A stretch of 64,000 nt of DNA from an uncultured Oscillospiraceae bacterium (GTDB lineage Bacteria; Bacillota; Clostridia; Oscillospirales; Ruminococcaceae): NCBI GenBank assembly GCA_949299455.1, contig CASGAN010000021.1:2886-66885 (forward strand), read 5' to 3'. A program made the translations under genes and the position numbers. Numbering within the stretch: the stretch's first letter is position 1; every line of letters starts with the position of its first letter. Below, in pieces: positions 9,230 through 18,499 of the stretch. Under the pieces are notes generated by a model. That model was not told where the DNA came from. It saw only the letters and a program-made list of their open reading frames with translations, and did not search any database.

Positions 9230-11155
9230 ATGGTGAAATCGATGTATCGTTATGAAATTATTGAAAACAGCAGCCGAAGCTATGATCTGCATTTATACTT
9301 TGACAAAACAGACGCGGAATTTGCACGGGAATTTTTGTCTCACAGCAAACATGATTCCAAACAGCGCAGAAACTTTTTTCTCTCGATTCAGGAAAAAGCA
9401 GCGGGACTTCCGATCAAATCCGTCAAAATTTTTGTGGCAGGTGTTTTGGTTGCAACCATGTCCATGCAGGCAGTTTCTGCCGCAGCCGCACAGGCTGATG
9501 GTTTTACTCCGCGCCTTTTGAATGAGCAGCAGCAGTTTTCCTCCTTGCAGACACGATTTCATATGACGTATCTATACGGCGGAACTGTGTCGCAGCAAAT
9601 CGAACAAATCAAGCAGGTCGGTTCCTTTCAAACCGTTTCGCCGAGCTATTTTGATCTGAACACGTCCGGCAGCCTTGTGACGGTCAACGTAGACCGCTCC
9701 TTTATCGATGCCATGCACAAAATGGGCATCAAGGTCGTGCCGATGCTCAGTAATCACTGGAATCGTACTGCCGGTGAAAAAGCGCTGTCAAATCCCGAAG
9801 CACTGGCGCAATCCGTTGCAGATGCAATTGTGAAAAACGACCTCGATGGTGTCAACGTAGACATTGAAAATGTTACACATCTTCATCGCAATGCTTACAC
9901 AGAATTTGTCCGACTTCTGCGTCAAAAACTCCCTGCTGACAAAGAAGTTTCTGTGGCAGTAGCCGCCAATCCAAACGGGTGGACAACCGGATGGCACGGA
10001 TCATATGACTATGCCGCACTCGCAAAATATGCAGACTATTTGATGATAATGGCATATGATGAAAGCTGGGAAGGCAGCAATGCCGGCCCGGTTGCAAGCT
10101 ATTCGTTCGTAAAACGATCCATCGAATATGCGCTTGAACACACCACAGCCGATAAAATTGTCGTGGGTGTGCCGTTTTACGGACGTATGTGGAGCAGTGA
10201 CGGCACATTTTCCGGCAACGGCTTAAGTCTTACAATGGTGGAAACACTCGTAAAGCAGTATAACGGTACCATCACCTACGACACCGCCGCGCGGTCGCCA
10301 AAGGCACAGTTTGCTGTAAACGCAGGAGATTCCCTGCTCTCTGTCGGCGGAAAAAAACTCACGCCCGGCTCTTACACTGTGTGGTTTGAGGACGAAACAT
10401 CCATTTATGAAAAAACACGACTGATTCATCAATATGATCTAAAAGGCATGGGCTCCTGGTCGCTGACACAGGCAACCGACGGGATTCGTTCAAAGCTTAC
10501 AGAATGGCTGACGCAAACAAATCTGCATCCGACACCGCAAGCACCTCTGCTCGGAACGGTAACCGCCTCCTCTCTCCGTGTGCGGAAAGAGGCCACCACC
10601 GACAGCGAAACAATCGCCTATTATCAAAAAGGTGACAACGTAACGGTGATCGGAACAAGCGGAAGTTTTTATCAAATCAAGATGGCAAACGGACAGATCG
10701 GCTATGTGAGTGCAGCCTATGTGACCATCTCGGAAAATCAGCCTGCTCCTGCCGAAAAAACAGGATATTCTACCGGCGACCGCGTGCGTGTCCGCGCCGC
10801 TGCTTCCACTTCTGCCTCGATTCTTACCCATGTAAACCGCGGCGACTCATTTACTGTCCAGGGTGAAGCGCAGAGCGGATGGTATGCTGTCACGCTCAAA
10901 GACGGCACAAAAGGCTATATTTCTGCAGACTATGTATCATTTACTGCGCCCAGCACGCCGACAACCAAAACGGGATATTCGACCGGTGACCGCGTGCGCA
11001 TCCGCGCCGCCGCTTCCACTTCTGCCTCGATTCTTACGCATGTAAACCGCGGTGACTCGTTTACAGTACACGGTGAAGCGCAGAACGGATGGTACGCCGT
11101 TACGCTCAAAGACGGCACAAAAGGTTATATTTCTGCGCAGTATGTGCGGATCTGA
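9230..11155 (+). CDS. membrane-anchored glycoside hydrolase family 18 protein with three C-terminal SH3b domains (YaaH/YdhD-like)
   Basis: 641 aa with the GH18 catalytic motif LDGVNVDIEN, one TM segment (IFVAGVLVATMSMQAV) and three SH3b-like repeats (GYVSAAYV, GYISADYV, GYISAQYV). The start could alternatively be ATG 9242. Confidence 0.8.
   Translation: MVKSMYRYEIIENSSRSYDLHLYFDKTDAEFAREFLSHSKHDSKQRRNFFLSIQEKAAGLPIKSVKIFVAGVLVATMSMQAVSAAAAQADGFTPRLLNEQQQFSSLQTRFHMTYLYGGTVSQQIEQIKQVGSFQTVSPSYFDLNTSGSLVTVNVDRSFIDAMHKMGIKVVPMLSNHWNRTAGEKALSNPEALAQSVADAIVKNDLDGVNVDIENVTHLHRNAYTEFVRLLRQKLPADKEVSVAVAANPNGWTTGWHGSYDYAALAKYADYLMIMAYDESWEGSNAGPVASYSFVKRSIEYALEHTTADKIVVGVPFYGRMWSSDGTFSGNGLSLTMVETLVKQYNGTITYDTAARSPKAQFAVNAGDSLLSVGGKKLTPGSYTVWFEDETSIYEKTRLIHQYDLKGMGSWSLTQATDGIRSKLTEWLTQTNLHPTPQAPLLGTVTASSLRVRKEATTDSETIAYYQKGDNVTVIGTSGSFYQIKMANGQIGYVSAAYVTISENQPAPAEKTGYSTGDRVRVRAAASTSASILTHVNRGDSFTVQGEAQSGWYAVTLKDGTKGYISADYVSFTAPSTPTTKTGYSTGDRVRIRAAASTSASILTHVNRGDSFTVHGEAQNGWYAVTLKDGTKGYISAQYVRI
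10757..11152 (+). repeat. tandem 210-bp near-identical repeat encoding the last two SH3b domains
   Basis: Unit 1 (10757-10966) and unit 2 (10967-11152) encode KTGYSTGDRVR[V/I]RAAASTSASILTHVNRGDSFTV[Q/H]GEAQ[S/N]GWYAVTLKDGTKGYISA. They differ at only a few nucleotides. Confidence 0.9.
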
Positions 11156-11208
11156 TTGAGTTACACGCAGGTTTTTTCTTTAAAACAAAATACAAAATCT
11201 CCACAAAT

Positions 11209-11257
11209 GCATCCAGCTGAATTGTGAAATTGAACAGTTTAGTTGGATGCTATTTTT
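11209..11257 (+). terminator. rho-independent terminator after the GH18 gene
   Basis: A 13-bp stem GCATCCAGCTGAA / TTTAGTTGGATGC (two G-U pairs) is followed by TATTTTTAT. Confidence 0.65.
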
Positions 11258-11330
11258 ATGATTGCACCTTAAATGATCTAAAATATTTTAAAATAATACC
11301 ACGATTTTAAAACAAGATATTGAAAATACA

Positions 11331-11359
11331 TTGACAGAATATTTTTTGTTATATATAAT
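11331..11359 (+). promoter_or_regulatory. consensus sigma-A promoter (TTGACA-17-TATAAT) heading the lipoprotein/ABC operon leader
   Basis: TTGACA at 11331-11336, an exact 17-nt spacer, then TATAAT at 11354-11359, in a very AT-rich 414-bp intergenic region. Confidence 0.7.
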
Positions 11360-11508
11360 AATGATAAAGATATACTTCTTTTTACAAATATTCAGTTGAA
11401 AAACAAGCAGAACATCCGAATCAAATATATCAGCACATATTTTTGATAATTACATTGATTTTATATGATGATGGTCTGTACCCTTCCACACATATGATCG
11501 CACACAAA

Positions 11509-11549
11509 AGAGGAAGCAGTCCACAATCCTGCTTTCTCTTTTTTATTTT
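11509..11549 (+). terminator. intrinsic terminator-like hairpin inside the 5' leader (candidate attenuator)
   Basis: An 11-bp stem AGAGGAAGCAG / CTGCTTTCTCT (one G-U) with a 9-nt loop is followed by TTTTTTATTTT. It lies 25 nt upstream of the ATG at 11575 and about 150 nt downstream of the promoter. Confidence 0.6.
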
Positions 11550-11574
11550 CAATCAATGATCGGAGGCGAGTTCT

Positions 11575-12807
11575 ATGAAAAAAGCAATTTCTCTGGTTCT
11601 GATTCTTTGCATCAGTACAATGTTGTTAAGCGCATGCAGCCCATCCATTCCCACAAGTGACCAATACGTCGAAGGATACGATCTGCAAAACATGTTTGGA
11701 AATGCGCCGGAATTTCGGATGTGCGCCTCAGACGACAGCTATTATTATTTAGCGCCGACCGGAACCATTTATCTTATCGACAAACAAACACTCAGTTGTG
11801 TACCATTTTGCAGCAAGCCAAACTGCAAACATGACAACGCACAGTGCACAGCGCGCACCCGCTCGCAAGGGCTCTGGATGTATCAGGACGCGCTTTATGT
11901 ATCAGAACCACGCGAAAACATGACAACAGAAACAAATGAGTTAGAATCCTACACACTTTATAAAATCTCATTGGATGGTTCCAGCAAAGATGAGGTTCGC
12001 CATGTTGGTATGAGTATAATGGGAGGATTTATCCATCGCGGATATTACTATACAAACGATTTTGACGGTGTAAGACGATATTCGCTGACGGATAAAGAAG
12101 AAAATGAACTGATTTTGAAAAGAACTGATGAACAAAATTATACAATTCGAAACGCGTATGGTAATTCCATTTATGTAAATACCACACGCTCAGAGGAACA
12201 GCCTGTCATAGAAGAATATCAATATCATATCAATGATCTTTCTGGTTCTCCTGTATCCATGGGACGAATTGAAGTAAAAAACGGTGAATCATACGGTCTT
12301 TTGACACAGTATATTGGTGATGCGGGGATTATCTGCTTAAAAACACTGACAGCCAACAATCAGAAAACGATTCAGAATCTTCAGTTTGTTTGGATGGACA
12401 AAAACGGAAACGAAAAGGAAACGATCGATTTACCCAAGACGGATATCAATTCTTCGGTGATGACCGGATTTATTAGGGCGGATGATTCCTACTTTTATCA
12501 GGCAATACTGCCGGGCGTAGTGAACGTAGAAAAAGAAGACTTTGAAAACAGCATCCTGCATATTTACGACCGAAAAACGAATCAGCTCATTGAAACATGC
12601 ACATTTTATGATGAATATGGTGATTTCTATTCCATTTTTACAGGCGATGAACGGTACCTGTTCATGGAATTTGAACAGCGATATCTTTACGGCGAAAACG
12701 GCGGGCACGTGGATGAGTCTGATCCTTACCGCACCCTGTGTGTTCTCGACAAACAGCAAATCGGAAAAGGCGCAGAGCTTCAGGAGCTTTTGCATGTGAC
12801 ACAGTGA
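11575..12807 (+). CDS. lipoprotein, paralogue 1 (Cys-rich motif; beta-propeller-like repeats suspected)
   Basis: Signal peptide plus lipobox MKKAISLVLILCISTMLLSAC, with GGAGG RBS at 11562-11566. It is a tandem paralogue of the next gene and carries the motif CVPFCSKPNCKHDNAQC. Confidence 0.75.
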   Translation: MKKAISLVLILCISTMLLSACSPSIPTSDQYVEGYDLQNMFGNAPEFRMCASDDSYYYLAPTGTIYLIDKQTLSCVPFCSKPNCKHDNAQCTARTRSQGLWMYQDALYVSEPRENMTTETNELESYTLYKISLDGSSKDEVRHVGMSIMGGFIHRGYYYTNDFDGVRRYSLTDKEENELILKRTDEQNYTIRNAYGNSIYVNTTRSEEQPVIEEYQYHINDLSGSPVSMGRIEVKNGESYGLLTQYIGDAGIICLKTLTANNQKTIQNLQFVWMDKNGNEKETIDLPKTDINSSVMTGFIRADDSYFYQAILPGVVNVEKEDFENSILHIYDRKTNQLIETCTFYDEYGDFYSIFTGDERYLFMEFEQRYLYGENGGHVDESDPYRTLCVLDKQQIGKGAELQELLHVTQ

Positions 12808-12845
12808 AAACAAGCACGGTACCAAACAACAAGGAGGCGAGTTCT

Positions 12846-14072
12846 ATGAAAAAAGCAATTTCTCTTTTCCTGATTCTCTGCATCAGTACAGTGTTATTAA
12901 GCGCATGCAGCCCGCCCATCCCTACGACCGATACATACGAAAAGGATTATGATGTACAAAATAGATTTGGCGATGGAGGAGAATTTCGGATGTGTGCCTC
13001 AGACGACAGCTATTATTATTTAGCGCCGACCGGAATAATCTACATCATTGACAAACAAACGCTCAACTGTGTACCGTTTTGCAGCAAACCGAACTGCAAG
13101 CACAATAACGCGCAGTGCACAGCACGCACCCGCTCGCAAGGACTCTGGATGTATCAAAATGCGCTCTATGTATCCGAGCCACGCGAAGACACGACAACAG
13201 AAACAAATGAGTTAGAATCGTACACACTTTATAAAATCTCATTGGATGGAACCGCCAAAGATGAAGTGCGACGTGTCGGAATGAATTTAATGGGGGGATT
13301 TATCCACCGCGGATATTACTATGCAAATGAATTTGACGGTGTAAGAAGATATTCTTTGACGGATAAAGAAGAAAATGAACTGATTTTTGAAATTGTTAAA
13401 TCAAATAGTAACTATTCCATCTGTTCTGCATACGGGAACCGTCTGTATATCAGTTACAACGACACTGAAATCATTGATGAAACATTTCAAGTGAACATTG
13501 GTGATTGGGATTCTCCCGCTTTAATTTGCGATATCACACGTTCTGACAGCACGGATAAAACGCGCATACAGTATGACTACATCAGTTCATACGGCGAAGA
13601 TCTTGTCATGATGAACGTGTCCACGCATACTGATTTTTCCAAACTATACAGCGCTTCTGTGTCGATCACAGACCGGGACGGAAAAAACGAACAGGTACTC
13701 GATTATATTCAATCTGATCTGGAAACAACGATGTTCGGCAGTGTTTCGATTGACGATCAATACTGCTATCAGCTGTATACCCCGCCGATCACCGGATCAA
13801 AAGAATCGTGGCAAAAATCCGCTTTGATCACTTATGACCGCGAATCGGAAGAAAAAGTCGAAGAAATCCCCATGTTTGAACAGTACGGAAATCCATGTGC
13901 ACTATATACAGGAGATGAACGGTATCTGTTTTTAGAATTTGAACCGGGAACATACTATGAAAACGGAGAATATATCACCGTTTCTGACACCTACCGTACA
14001 CTGTATATTCTCGACAAACAGCAAATCGGAAAAGGTGCCAAACTTCAGAAGCTTCTGCATTTAACAAAGTAA
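12846..14072 (+). CDS. lipoprotein, paralogue 2
   Basis: ORF 12738..14072 is trimmed to ATG 12846, which has the same RBS context as paralogue 1 (GGAGGCGAGTTCTATGAAAAAAGCAATTTCTCT). Lipobox LLSAC. The N-terminal ~180 aa and the C-terminal ~30 aa are nearly identical to paralogue 1, and the centre is divergent. Confidence 0.75.
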   Translation: MKKAISLFLILCISTVLLSACSPPIPTTDTYEKDYDVQNRFGDGGEFRMCASDDSYYYLAPTGIIYIIDKQTLNCVPFCSKPNCKHNNAQCTARTRSQGLWMYQNALYVSEPREDTTTETNELESYTLYKISLDGTAKDEVRRVGMNLMGGFIHRGYYYANEFDGVRRYSLTDKEENELIFEIVKSNSNYSICSAYGNRLYISYNDTEIIDETFQVNIGDWDSPALICDITRSDSTDKTRIQYDYISSYGEDLVMMNVSTHTDFSKLYSASVSITDRDGKNEQVLDYIQSDLETTMFGSVSIDDQYCYQLYTPPITGSKESWQKSALITYDRESEEKVEEIPMFEQYGNPCALYTGDERYLFLEFEPGTYYENGEYITVSDTYRTLYILDKQQIGKGAKLQKLLHLTK

Positions 14073-14105
14073 AACAAAAACACTGCATGAAAGCAGGTGA
14101 TGCAA

Positions 14106-16499
14106 ATGATCAGACTGTTCGGCTATGAAATGCAGAAACTTTTTTCAAAACGCTGGCTGTTTTTGCTGCTTGGAATTTTGCTTGCTGTCTGCGCTGTCAC
14201 ATTCGTTCAAACAGACGGCACAGACGAGCGTGCACAGCAGTATCAAACGCTCTATGAAAGCGAGCTCCGCACCTACAGCAATTTACCGATCGAAGATGCT
14301 GTGGCACAAATCGCAGATGCGCGTACGGAAATGGAACGGATGAACGAAGCGTTTTCTGCATATATCACCAGTGAAAACACGGGCGAATCTTTGTCCGATG
14401 AAGATGCCGCCTGGTTTTCAAAACTCAAGCAGCAATACGGAGATGACCCCTCTGCCCTCTTTTTACGGCAGGAGGTGTATGAGCAGCTTTCGCGCGATGC
14501 GCAGTATCTGACCGAATATCATGACTGGCTCAGCGAAATGGATACACGGGCACAACAAATGCTCTCGATCTCCGCATTCGCGAAAAAAGAAACCTTTTCG
14601 TATCGGAATATTCAAAAAACGCCTGCAGATTACGCGCATTTAAAGACGATTCCCCTGTCATTCGGTTCACAAACCGGCATTTTGCGTGTTTCAGATTTTC
14701 CCGTCGCAGATTTTGCAATTCTGATTGCCATTTTGCTGTTCGCATTTGCGCTGTTTGTGCAGGAACGGGAAAACGGCACACTGCTCCTCGTTCAGTCCTG
14801 CCGCAGCGGACGTGCTGCACTGGGCGCGGCAAAACTACTCGCTTTTTTACTCTGTGTGCTGTGCACGGCGGCAGTTCTTTACGGCGGCACACTGCTTTTA
14901 GGGCATTTTCTCTATGGGTACGGTGATCTTTCCCGGACAATCCAGTCGGTATCCGCCTTTAAAGAGAGCAATTTATCCCTGCATGTCGGCGAATATCTTT
15001 GGCTGTTTTTTGCGGCAAAACTGCTGGCGTCGATGCTTTGCGGAGTTATACTTGTTGTTTTGATTGCATGGATCAAAAATATTATGGTTGGATTTGCGGC
15101 AGCCGCCGCTATTATCGGCACAAGTTATGGTGCATACTGGCTGATTCCGTCACTCAGCACATGGAACCTATTGAAATTTGTAAATCCCATCGCTTTTTTG
15201 GATGGATATCGGCTGTTTTCACAGTATAATAACCTGAATGTATTTGGCTTTCCGGTCACCCGCACTGATCTGTGGCTGTGGCTTCTTTTGGGATTCTTTG
15301 CCGCAGGAAGTATTCTGATTGTTCTGGCGTTTTCGCGATCGAGTGCAAAAGCTTCCTTTAAAAATCCGTTTGAATGGATCTTTGAACGGCTTCGGCGAAT
15401 GATTCCACCCTCTGTCGGTGTTCGCTCGATCTTATATCATGAACACATAAAGCTCTATGCAATCGGCAAAATGGCTGTTGTTCTGCTGGCTTGCGTCTGG
15501 ATTGCGTCGCAGACAGTGGCCTCGATGTATGTGAGTGAACTGTCGCCGGAGGGGTTCTACTTAGCCGAGTTACAGCAAGTGGAAGGAAAGATTACACCGA
15601 AAGCCGAACAATATTTTGACACGCGCAAACAAGAACTGGATGCCGCACAGAAAACGGTCGACGATCTGACAGCCGCATTTGAACGCGGCGAACTGGGCGT
15701 GGCCGAATATCAAGCAAAGATGGTGCCGTTTGGAACACTTCCTGTCGAACAAAACACCTTTGACCGACTATATATGCAGTATTCCCGCGCCAAGGAGCTC
15801 GATGCAAGCGGAATTGCGGGCGGTATTGTAAACGAATTTTCGGCACAGTGGGTTTTTTCTCATCCGACCCGCGATCTGATGATCGGGATGTTTGCTTCCC
15901 TGTTCATCGTCGTGGGGACAGTATTGCTTTTCACACGGGAATATAAAAACAACATGCTGTTTTTACTGCGCACGACTGCGAGCGGAAAATCGAGGCTGTT
16001 TTTGATGAAAGTGCTCACTGCCTGCGGTTTTTCCGCGATTGTACTTTTGATTTTCAGTGTTCCGTTTTATATTTCCATGGCAAACGGATATTCATTCGCT
16101 GATATGCACATCTCACTGCAAAATATCGAACAATATATGCTGTCCGGTATCTCGTTAAACATTGATGCAGCGTTATTTATACGGCAGGCAGGTATGCTTG
16201 TCGGTGTGCTGTTCTTAACCGCATTCTGCATTTGGATTTCCACTGTCATCAAACGATTGTCGGTTTGTGTTGTCGTCAGCGCAGCTGTGGGCATTCTTCC
16301 GCTTGCACTGGAGCTGTCCGGCATCTCGGTCATACGGTATATAAGCAGCGCAAATGCATACACGCTGTTTTCATCTTGGAACAGCACAGGCGGTATCTTC
16401 GGCTCATTTGCAGGGTTGCTTCTGCTTTTGATGCTCACTGTTTTGTTCTTATTTGCCGCATACCGGCGATTCTGCGCAACAGAAGGGAGGATATTCTGA
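14106..16499 (+). CDS. large fused ABC-2-type permease (two modules, each a TM anchor, a big extracytoplasmic loop and a TM bundle)
   Basis: The ORF-track ORF starts at GTG 14097. ATG 14106 lies about 8 nt after AGCAGG. The N-terminus IRLFGYEMQKLFSKRWLFLLLGILL is typical of ABC-2 permeases. A second module begins near residue 450. The stop overlaps the ATPase start (ATGA at 16497-16501). Confidence 0.65.
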   Translation: MIRLFGYEMQKLFSKRWLFLLLGILLAVCAVTFVQTDGTDERAQQYQTLYESELRTYSNLPIEDAVAQIADARTEMERMNEAFSAYITSENTGESLSDEDAAWFSKLKQQYGDDPSALFLRQEVYEQLSRDAQYLTEYHDWLSEMDTRAQQMLSISAFAKKETFSYRNIQKTPADYAHLKTIPLSFGSQTGILRVSDFPVADFAILIAILLFAFALFVQERENGTLLLVQSCRSGRAALGAAKLLAFLLCVLCTAAVLYGGTLLLGHFLYGYGDLSRTIQSVSAFKESNLSLHVGEYLWLFFAAKLLASMLCGVILVVLIAWIKNIMVGFAAAAAIIGTSYGAYWLIPSLSTWNLLKFVNPIAFLDGYRLFSQYNNLNVFGFPVTRTDLWLWLLLGFFAAGSILIVLAFSRSSAKASFKNPFEWIFERLRRMIPPSVGVRSILYHEHIKLYAIGKMAVVLLACVWIASQTVASMYVSELSPEGFYLAELQQVEGKITPKAEQYFDTRKQELDAAQKTVDDLTAAFERGELGVAEYQAKMVPFGTLPVEQNTFDRLYMQYSRAKELDASGIAGGIVNEFSAQWVFSHPTRDLMIGMFASLFIVVGTVLLFTREYKNNMLFLLRTTASGKSRLFLMKVLTACGFSAIVLLIFSVPFYISMANGYSFADMHISLQNIEQYMLSGISLNIDAALFIRQAGMLVGVLFLTAFCIWISTVIKRLSVCVVVSAAVGILPLALELSGISVIRYISSANAYTLFSSWNSTGGIFGSFAGLLLLLMLTVLFLFAAYRRFCATEGRIF

Positions 16500-17398
16500 T
16501 GGAGCTTTCGATTCAATCGGTCACCAAAACATACAAACGCGGACAGACACGTGCGCTTGACGATTTTTCTGCCGTACTCACACCGGGCGTTTACGGTTTT
16601 TTAGGGCCAAACGATGCCGGAAAATCGACACTTATGAACATTATCACCGGCAATCTGCGCCCGGACAGCGGCAGTACCTTATGGGACGGAACCGACACGC
16701 GCAAGATGGGTGCCAACTTCCGCCACCTGATCGGATACATGCCGCAGCAGCAAGGACTTTATGACGATTTTACTGCAAAACGCTTTTTGTGGTATATGGC
16801 GGCGCTCAAAAAAATCCCCCGCAGACAAACCGCACAGCGCATCACCGAGCTGCTCGAAATGGTCGGACTCACAGACGATGCCTCGAAAAAGCTCGGCGCA
16901 TATTCCGGTGGTATGAAACAGCGTATTTTGATTGCACAAGCACTTTTGAATGATCCCTCCCTGCTGATTCTCGACGAACCGACCGCCGGACTTGACCCGA
17001 AAGAACGCATTCGCATCCGCAACTTTATCAGCAAAATCGCACAGGATAAAATCGTGCTGTTTGCGACTCATGTTGTGTCGGACGTCGAATATATTGCCAA
17101 AGAGATCATTCTGATCAAGCGCGGAAAACTTCTGCTCAAAGAAGAACCGGCGCAGATTCTGCGCCGGATGGAAACACTGGTATGTGAAGTTCATTTGCCA
17201 AAAGAGGATGTATCCGATTTTGTGAAAACACACAAAGTCAGCAACATCTTCGGTGACAAAGACGGTATGACCGTCCGTTTTTTAAACGATCCAAGCTGTC
17301 CGGTTTCTGATGCTATTTTTGCAAAACCGATGCTTGAGGATGTCTATTTGTCGTATTTTTCGGACGAAACGCAAACCGACGGATTCTCGTTTTCTTAA
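16499..17398 (+). CDS. ABC transporter ATP-binding protein
   Basis: Walker A GPNDAGKST, signature YSGGMKQR and Walker B LLILDEPTAGLD. The start was chosen at the ATG overlapping the permease stop. The upstream part of ORF 16232..17398 lies within the permease gene. Confidence 0.9.
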   Translation: MELSIQSVTKTYKRGQTRALDDFSAVLTPGVYGFLGPNDAGKSTLMNIITGNLRPDSGSTLWDGTDTRKMGANFRHLIGYMPQQQGLYDDFTAKRFLWYMAALKKIPRRQTAQRITELLEMVGLTDDASKKLGAYSGGMKQRILIAQALLNDPSLLILDEPTAGLDPKERIRIRNFISKIAQDKIVLFATHVVSDVEYIAKEIILIKRGKLLLKEEPAQILRRMETLVCEVHLPKEDVSDFVKTHKVSNIFGDKDGMTVRFLNDPSCPVSDAIFAKPMLEDVYLSYFSDETQTDGFSFS

Positions 17399-18486
17399 TG
17401 TACGCTACGTTGTTTTAAAAAGTTCGCCAATGCGACAAATTTCTCGTAATCAACACCGGGCGGACAGCTGTCACTGTTGGCCAAGATAAACCCGCGGTTC
17501 TTTCTGATTGACAAAAGCATATCTGCATATTCAAGCAGAGATGAAACCGAATCGTTTAGAATCTGTGTCGGCTCGATGCCGCCAATGAGGCTCACCTGTG
17601 CAGGCAGTGCTTCAAACGCCTCTGCCATCGTCACATTCCCGGTGGGTGCCGGAGAAATCGATTCAATCGCAGAAACACCCTGCGCCGCCATTGGCGACAG
17701 AAGATGTTTGATATGGCCGCACGCATGCTGGACATATGGCTTTCCTGCTTCATTTAACACCGTACACCACTGGGCGATTTCCGGGGCAATATATGTTTGA
17801 TACAGCGCTGGATTCACGTTCGTTGTAGAGCTGTCTTCCCAGCTGATGCATGCGCCCACATTGCTTTTCGCAGTGATTTGCACTGTTTCAAGATTCTTTT
17901 TCTGCATCACAGCAAGCAGTTCATCGAGCTGTTCCGGCTCATCCATCGTCAGATAAACAAGATTCTCTGTACCCACAAAATTTTCAAGCAGATACTGGTA
18001 GGCGGATTTCATATGTGTTCCCAAAATTGCAAGCTGCAATCCGCCTTCTCCTAACCGCTCCACCTGCTCGTTGGCTTCTTTGATCTTTTCGATCACCTGA
18101 AGATCTTCAAAATAAGCGATTGCAGCCGGAATCTGTGATGCATCCGCAATCGGATGCCTCGTCAGAAACCAGGTATTGGCCTGCGAAACATACGTATATT
18201 CCGAATATAAATTTCCCTTTGGCGTAGTGATTGTTTCATATCGCTTATTGCCCTCCGTCCGCACGGAAACAGTGCAGTGATTCGGCCGAATTTCATATGC
18301 ACACACACCACCGCGCAGCAGCGGGTCAGCGCCCATCTGCTGCAAATAGGAAAGCTCCCCTTTTTCCCGTACATCGTTGGGCAAAAAATCAAAATAATAC
18401 GCAAGAAACGGCGAAAACGGTACATGATCGACTTCTTGTCCTCGAATCGAGGCAAGAAGTCTTTGTTTTGGTGTCATCTCACACAT
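17395..18486 (-). CDS. uroporphyrinogen decarboxylase (URO-D/MtaA-like) family protein
   Basis: 363 aa. The N-terminus MTPKQRLLASIRGQEVDHVPFSP and overall length resemble URO-D-fold enzymes of Clostridia. This is a family-level call only. Confidence 0.55.
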   Translation of the reverse strand: MCEMTPKQRLLASIRGQEVDHVPFSPFLAYYFDFLPNDVREKGELSYLQQMGADPLLRGGVCAYEIRPNHCTVSVRTEGNKRYETITTPKGNLYSEYTYVSQANTWFLTRHPIADASQIPAAIAYFEDLQVIEKIKEANEQVERLGEGGLQLAILGTHMKSAYQYLLENFVGTENLVYLTMDEPEQLDELLAVMQKKNLETVQITAKSNVGACISWEDSSTTNVNPALYQTYIAPEIAQWCTVLNEAGKPYVQHACGHIKHLLSPMAAQGVSAIESISPAPTGNVTMAEAFEALPAQVSLIGGIEPTQILNDSVSSLLEYADMLLSIRKNRGFILANSDSCPPGVDYEKFVALANFLKQRSVH

Positions 18487-18499
18487 ATTGCCGCCTCCC

